From NCBI GenBank assembly GCA_038821645.1, contig JAWBDT010000003.1, forward strand, positions 68,402 to 132,401: 64,000 nt of DNA, given 5' to 3'. Within the stretch, counting starts at the first letter, position 1; each line of letters begins with the position of its first letter. Below are positions 63,695 through 64,000 of this stretch, piece by piece. Position numbers and translations under genes: made by a program. This DNA is from Ignisphaera sp. GTDB lineage: Archaea > Thermoproteota > Thermoprotei_A > Sulfolobales > Ignisphaeraceae. The notes beneath the pieces are model-generated. The model saw nothing but the letters and a program-made list of their open reading frames with translations, ran no database searches and had not been told where the DNA came from.

Positions 63695-64000
63695 AATATT
63701 GATTATTCACCATCGATTGTGTATATATTTCATCACCACGATACCACACCATACTCAAAACATAATTTAAAGAAGCAATCTCAAAAAATACCTTATTTAA
63801 TCTATAATTATTTTTGAACTAGTAACTATGTGACTAAAGGATGTGATCTATCGTGATTGTAGTTGATAACTTAGATGAACTCTTTCACTAATCTCTCTCC
63901 TCATATATTTTTCTAAAACTGCAGTATAGTTGTGGCAGAATCTTATGGTAGCTAGCTATCAACAAATAGTACTCATATTAAGTAAAATTATCACAGATCT

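Noticed and set aside
63695-64000. Integrated element or att site downstream of tRNA-Ala
   Set aside because: No duplicate of the tRNA 3' end and no integrase were seen within the window; the region beyond the edge cannot be assessed.

Overview
Gene-dense, AT-rich archaeal chromosome segment. Reverse gyrase, rpS25e/rpS26e, GGTGA Shine-Dalgarno sites, TATA/BRE promoters and the archaeal mevalonate genes point to a hyperthermophilic crenarchaeon; Desulfurococcales (Ignisphaera-like) is my inference. About 50 CDSs were called from recognised motifs, plus tRNA-Ala(GGC) and three C/D-box sRNA candidates. No CRISPR array or mobile element was seen. The best lead is a ~20 kb sugar island (27-47.5 kb) that places a catalytically intact form III RuBisCO beside an oligosaccharide ABC importer, a GH3 glycosidase, an apiose/xylose-isomerase-like enzyme, a C1-type (RhaB-like) and a second FGGY ketose kinase, an EryC-like ketose-1-phosphate 3-epimerase and a phosphoglycolate-phosphatase-like HAD. 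This suggests an undescribed route from plant pentoses to RuBP and RuBisCO, with no phosphoribulokinase or AMP phosphorylase in the window. Other oddities: a methanogen-type SerRS, two genes whose conserved N-termini lack a canonical start codon, a Trp-containing uORF over the trpB2 start, a nitrilase-fold protein missing its whole catalytic triad coupled to reverse gyrase, a broken GH12-like gene, a 35-nt inverted intergenic copy of a tldD segment, and a C/D guide that pairs with the tRNA T-arm. All family calls are by eye; no searches were run.
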